Positions 34,674 to 38,288 of a stretch of 38,288 nt of DNA are shown here, in pieces. The stretch is from Jimgerdemannia flammicorona. Taxonomy: Eukaryota. The notes below the pieces were generated by a model, which was not told the origin of the DNA, ran no database searches, and saw only the letters and a program-made list of their open reading frames with translations. The stretch covers positions 1 through 38,288 of the forward strand of contig RBNJ01000163.1 in assembly GCA_003990765.1 (NCBI GenBank), given 5' to 3'. Position numbers and translations under genes: made by a program. The first letter of the stretch is position 1. Every line of letters starts with the position of its first letter.

Positions 34674-37600
34674 ATGAACAGTACAACTAGGATATTCTCA
34701 TTGAACGTTAATGGGCTATGGGGGGCAGCTAGGAGGAAGTATATTTTTGGTTGGCTTCGGGATCTGGATGCGGACCTCTTCTTGTTACAGGATGTTCGGT
34801 ATGAGGCAGAGGTGGATTTACAGGATTGGACTAAGGAATGGGGGGGTGCGGCAGTTTGGAGAGGGAAAGTGGGTATTCTTGTTCGGAAAGGGATGGGGGA
34901 CATTGGGGACATTGGACATTGGGGGTCACGTGTGGTGTGGGGAGTGTGGAAAAGGCCTGGATGGGGCTCGCTGATGGTTGGGTCTTGCTACTGCCCAGCT
35001 GAGAGAGGGGAGAGGGTGGATTGGATTCGTAGATTGAAAGAGGCTGGATTATTGGGAGAGGTTGGGTTTGACTGTATGGGGGGGGACTTCAATATGGTAC
35101 GAGATAAGGAGTTGGACAGAACTGATGGAGGGAGAGGCATGCAAGGTGAGAGTGGTGGGCTGGCGGACTGGTTGGAGACAGAAAGATTGTGCTCCTTAGT
35201 GGACTCAGGGAGACATTTTTGGGCAGATCGGCAGGTGTATACCCATTGGGCAGCAGGACTGGGCTCTAGGATTGACTGGGTACTAACAGCAGAGTGTTGG
35301 GGAGTGGATGTCTGGATGGTGCTGGGAGTCGTATGGTGTCCATGGTCTGATCACTGGGGGTTGCTGGGAGGGGGGAGGCTTGGAGGAAATGAGGATGGGC
35401 CTGGACATTGGCAGCTAAACTCTTCCTTGTTGGAGGATAGGACATTGTGAGTGGGTTGGGAAACAGAGGTAGTTGGAGATATCGGCAGGTGGCGGGATCA
35501 AGGCCTGGCAATTGGGGACCACTGGAGGAGGTTGAAGGTGAAGGCTCAGGGGTATTGGAGGGAAGCGGGGAAAGGAAAGAGTGCTCAGCAAAGGCGGTGG
35601 GTGATGTGGGCCTCACGGCATTTGGCGGCACTCATGGGCGGGTGTGCTGGAGGATAGGGCCAAGACAGATTGGCGTGTTGCGAGAGTCCGGCAGGAGGTG
35701 GAGGAGCTCAAGGGGGTGCTTTGAAGAGAGGAAGAGGAACAACTACAGGGGATGGTGGCCCGCTTGCGGTGGCAGGGGCTTGAGGAAGGAGAGAGACCTA
35801 CCAGGTTCTTTTCATGGTTGTTACAAGTACGATGAACGAGGCAGCAGTGGGAGGGAGTTTTGGACGATGATGGCGAGCTGGTGGTGGGGACCCCGATGAT
35901 TTTGGAACTATTGTGAACCCGGTGGGGGAACCTTTGGAGTGAGGATGAAGGGGGACTGGATGCTCTGGACATTGAAAGGCAGCTGGGGGATTGGCACCCT
36001 GACCCTGCCATGGGACTTGGGGCATTGGGGGACCCAGTGAGCAGTGAGGAGATTTGCAAGGTGGTGGCATCTACGAGTAAAGGGACAGCCCCAGGAGAGG
36101 ATGGACTCCCCTGGGATTTTTGGCAGAAGATGACAGGGGTGTGTGAGGTATTAGAGGAGATGAGGGCTATGTGTGATGAAGTTCTTCGGTCTGGTGCCTG
36201 GATTGGGGGACAGCACTTGGGGCTGGTCTCCTTGCTTTATAAGAACAAGGGCAGGAGGGAGGATTGGAAGAACTGGTGGCCAATCATGCTTCTGGACATG
36301 GACCGCAAACTGGTGATGAAGATCGTGGTGTTGTGGTTGCAAGGAATCGCGCAGCAGGTGCTTGGAGTGGAGCAACATGGGTTTGTTGGAGGTTGGTTGA
36401 TTCGAGATGGGACGGCCTGGGTTCATGGAGTGATTGAAGGTGCCCGGGCTATAGGGGTGGATGGCAGATTGGTATTTCTGGACCAGGAGAAGGCTTATGA
36501 TAGAGTGCAGAGAGTATGGCTGGAGGGAGTGCTGAGGCAGATTGGTATCCCCCCGGGGTTCCGAGGGTCATTGGTCAGCCTCTTGGAGGACAGTTAGGCG
36601 GCATTGGTCATCAATGGCCACCGGGGGATGACCTTCCCCCTGGGCCATGGGGTGCCACAAGGGGACCCCTTGTCACCCATATTATATGCCCTTTCCCTGG
36701 AGCCACTACTAGACAGGATTCGAAATAAGATTGGTGGGTTGGACATTTTGGGGGTGAACTGGAAGGTGGGGGCCTTTGCTGATGACATGGTGGTTGGCCT
36801 GGGTTCCTTGGGGGATGTTGGAGAGTTGCAGAGGACAGTGGAATGGTATGAGCGAGGTTCTGGTGCCAAACTGAACTGGCACAAATGTGAGATGCTGGTG
36901 CTGGGCACTGGGATTGTCGGTGGCAATGTCATTGGGATGGTGGTTCCAGCTGGTGAGCCAGTGCGCTACTTGGGGATCTACTTCTTGGTGTTCAGTTCTC
37001 TTCTTCCCCGGGCATAGTGGGACTGTAAACTGCTGGAGTGGGGTGATGTCTTGATGTGATGGGGAGGCTGGCATATGTCCCTTGCCAGAAGGGTGATGGT
37101 GTTGAATGTGTACTGGATGCCGAAACTGTGGTATGTTGGGTATCATTTGGATTTCCCACCATGGGTGGTTAAGGGGCTGTTGAAGATGGTGAGGTCGTGG
37201 ATCTGGAGAGGGCGGCGGAGTCAGGTTGGTTGGGAGGTACTCACACTGCCCTTGGAAAGAGGTGGACTGGGCTTAGTGGACTTTACTAAGCGGCTTTTAT
37301 GTCTGAGGGCCTGGTGGCTAAGGAGGGCGAGTGAGCTTTGAGGTCGGGAGTGGGTGCCACTCATGCAGAGGTTGTGGGAGGTTCAATACTCCCCACGGGG
37401 TGGCTCTGGTGACCTGCTTGCAATGGTGGCCATGGAAGGGAGCCGGAGGATGCGGTTTACAGGCTTTTGGTGGGGAGCAGTGGATGGTGCTAAGAAAATC
37501 GGCCTTTGGTGGCGAGGTGACGAGGCCGAGGAGGTTTGGGGACCGCAGATGTGGAAATGGGACAGGCTTTTATTGGGGGGTGTTATGGTGGAGAACTTTT

Positions 37601-38288
37601 AGCTTGGCAAGGGTCTGGAGTGCCTGTGAGGCCTAGATAGAGACCTGTGGCCTGAGACCTGGCAGAGGGTTGGAATTGGAGAAGAGTGAGATTGGAATGG
37701 GCTCTGGCTTTAGAGCAAACAGGTGAGGCAGTGGCTGCCCCCCAAGTTCTGGTTGGCATGGTGGTGGGTCCTTCGGCGGAATATGATGCTGAACTATCAG
37801 TCTGGTCACTTGGTGGATGGTGGGGTCTTCAAGTGTGAGGAATGTTTCAATGTTGGTCAGGAGGGAGGGGTGGTGCAATCACCTAAACATTGGCTTGGCG
37901 AGTGTGAGGTTTTGGGGGAGTTCTGGAAATGTATAATGGACAGGTTAGGGTTGGGGGCTGGGGGTGGGGAGAGAGTGAGGAGATGGGGAGAGCTTTGCCG
38001 GCGATTAGTGGGTGGGGTCGGGGACGAATGGCTGACCCTTGGCTGGGCCTTGGCTATGTGGGTCGGGTTGGCCAGGCATTGGGTGTATGTATTTGAGGAA
38101 TTGGGGTTGGAGAGAAGATGGCATGGTGGGAATGGTTGCTGTTGGACATTTTAAACAGCTGGTGGCAGGGTTGGGGTCTGGGTGGGGGGTACCGCAGGGG
38201 TTTGGTGCAGTGTATCTCCCAGAAGAGTGGTGGGAGGGTTCAGGTCATGGGTGATCGGGTGGTGCTTGGGCAGGGGGAGGTTGAGGGT
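34674..38288 (+). pseudogene. LINE ORF2: APE endonuclease, reverse transcriptase, C-terminal Cys/His motif; several transition-derived stops
   Basis: SLNVNGL, LLQD, GGDFN, SRIDW, WSDH; APGEDGLP, W(R>W)PIMLL, QHGFVGG, FLDQEKAYDRV, GVPQGDPLSP, AFADD, KLNWHKC, RYLGI; GGLGL; CEEC..HWLGEC. Confidence 0.93.

Larger units (their letters stand above)
32647..38288 (+). mobile_element. LINE copy D, near full-length L1/Tx1-type non-LTR retrotransposon (runs off window end)
   Basis: 5' motif CTTTCACCAGTAACATTTGGGTGACACAA; ORF1 to TAG 34642; ORF2 from ATG 34674. Least mutated copy. Confidence 0.95.

Noticed and set aside
29471..37878. Numerous Pro/Ser/Leu-rich minus-strand ORFs
   Set aside because: They are antisense shadows of the G-rich LINE ORFs, with no independent motifs.

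Overview
Eukaryotic (fungal) genomic DNA with short GT-AG introns; the Ada1/Hfi1 protein style tentatively suggests an early-diverging fungus (Mucoromycota-like; inference, no database check). Three intact intron-containing genes can be reconstructed: a secreted CE8 pectin methylesterase (947-2565, +), a SAGA Ada1/Hfi1 subunit (14316-15965, -) and a 288-aa protein of unknown function (16242-17397, -). There is also a deletion-riddled GH3 beta-glucosidase pseudogene. The rest is two transposon-dense blocks (~6.6-13.0 kb and ~19.4 kb to the end) showing heavy C>T/G>A (RIP-like) hypermutation with sharp borders. They contain Ty3/Gypsy relics (one with an extra ORF between integrase and the 3' LTR, one with a dUTPase fused right behind the Gag zinc knuckle), a G-rich L1/Tx1-type LINE family (four copies with intact 5' ends, two 3' fragments truncated at nearly the same point), and a 1.2-kb non-coding poly(A)-tailed retroposon that shares the LINE 5' terminus. 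The right half appears to be a roughly seven-layer nested insertion stack. A duplicated non-TE segment and a half-mutated target-site duplication directly record the mutation spectrum and its boundary.
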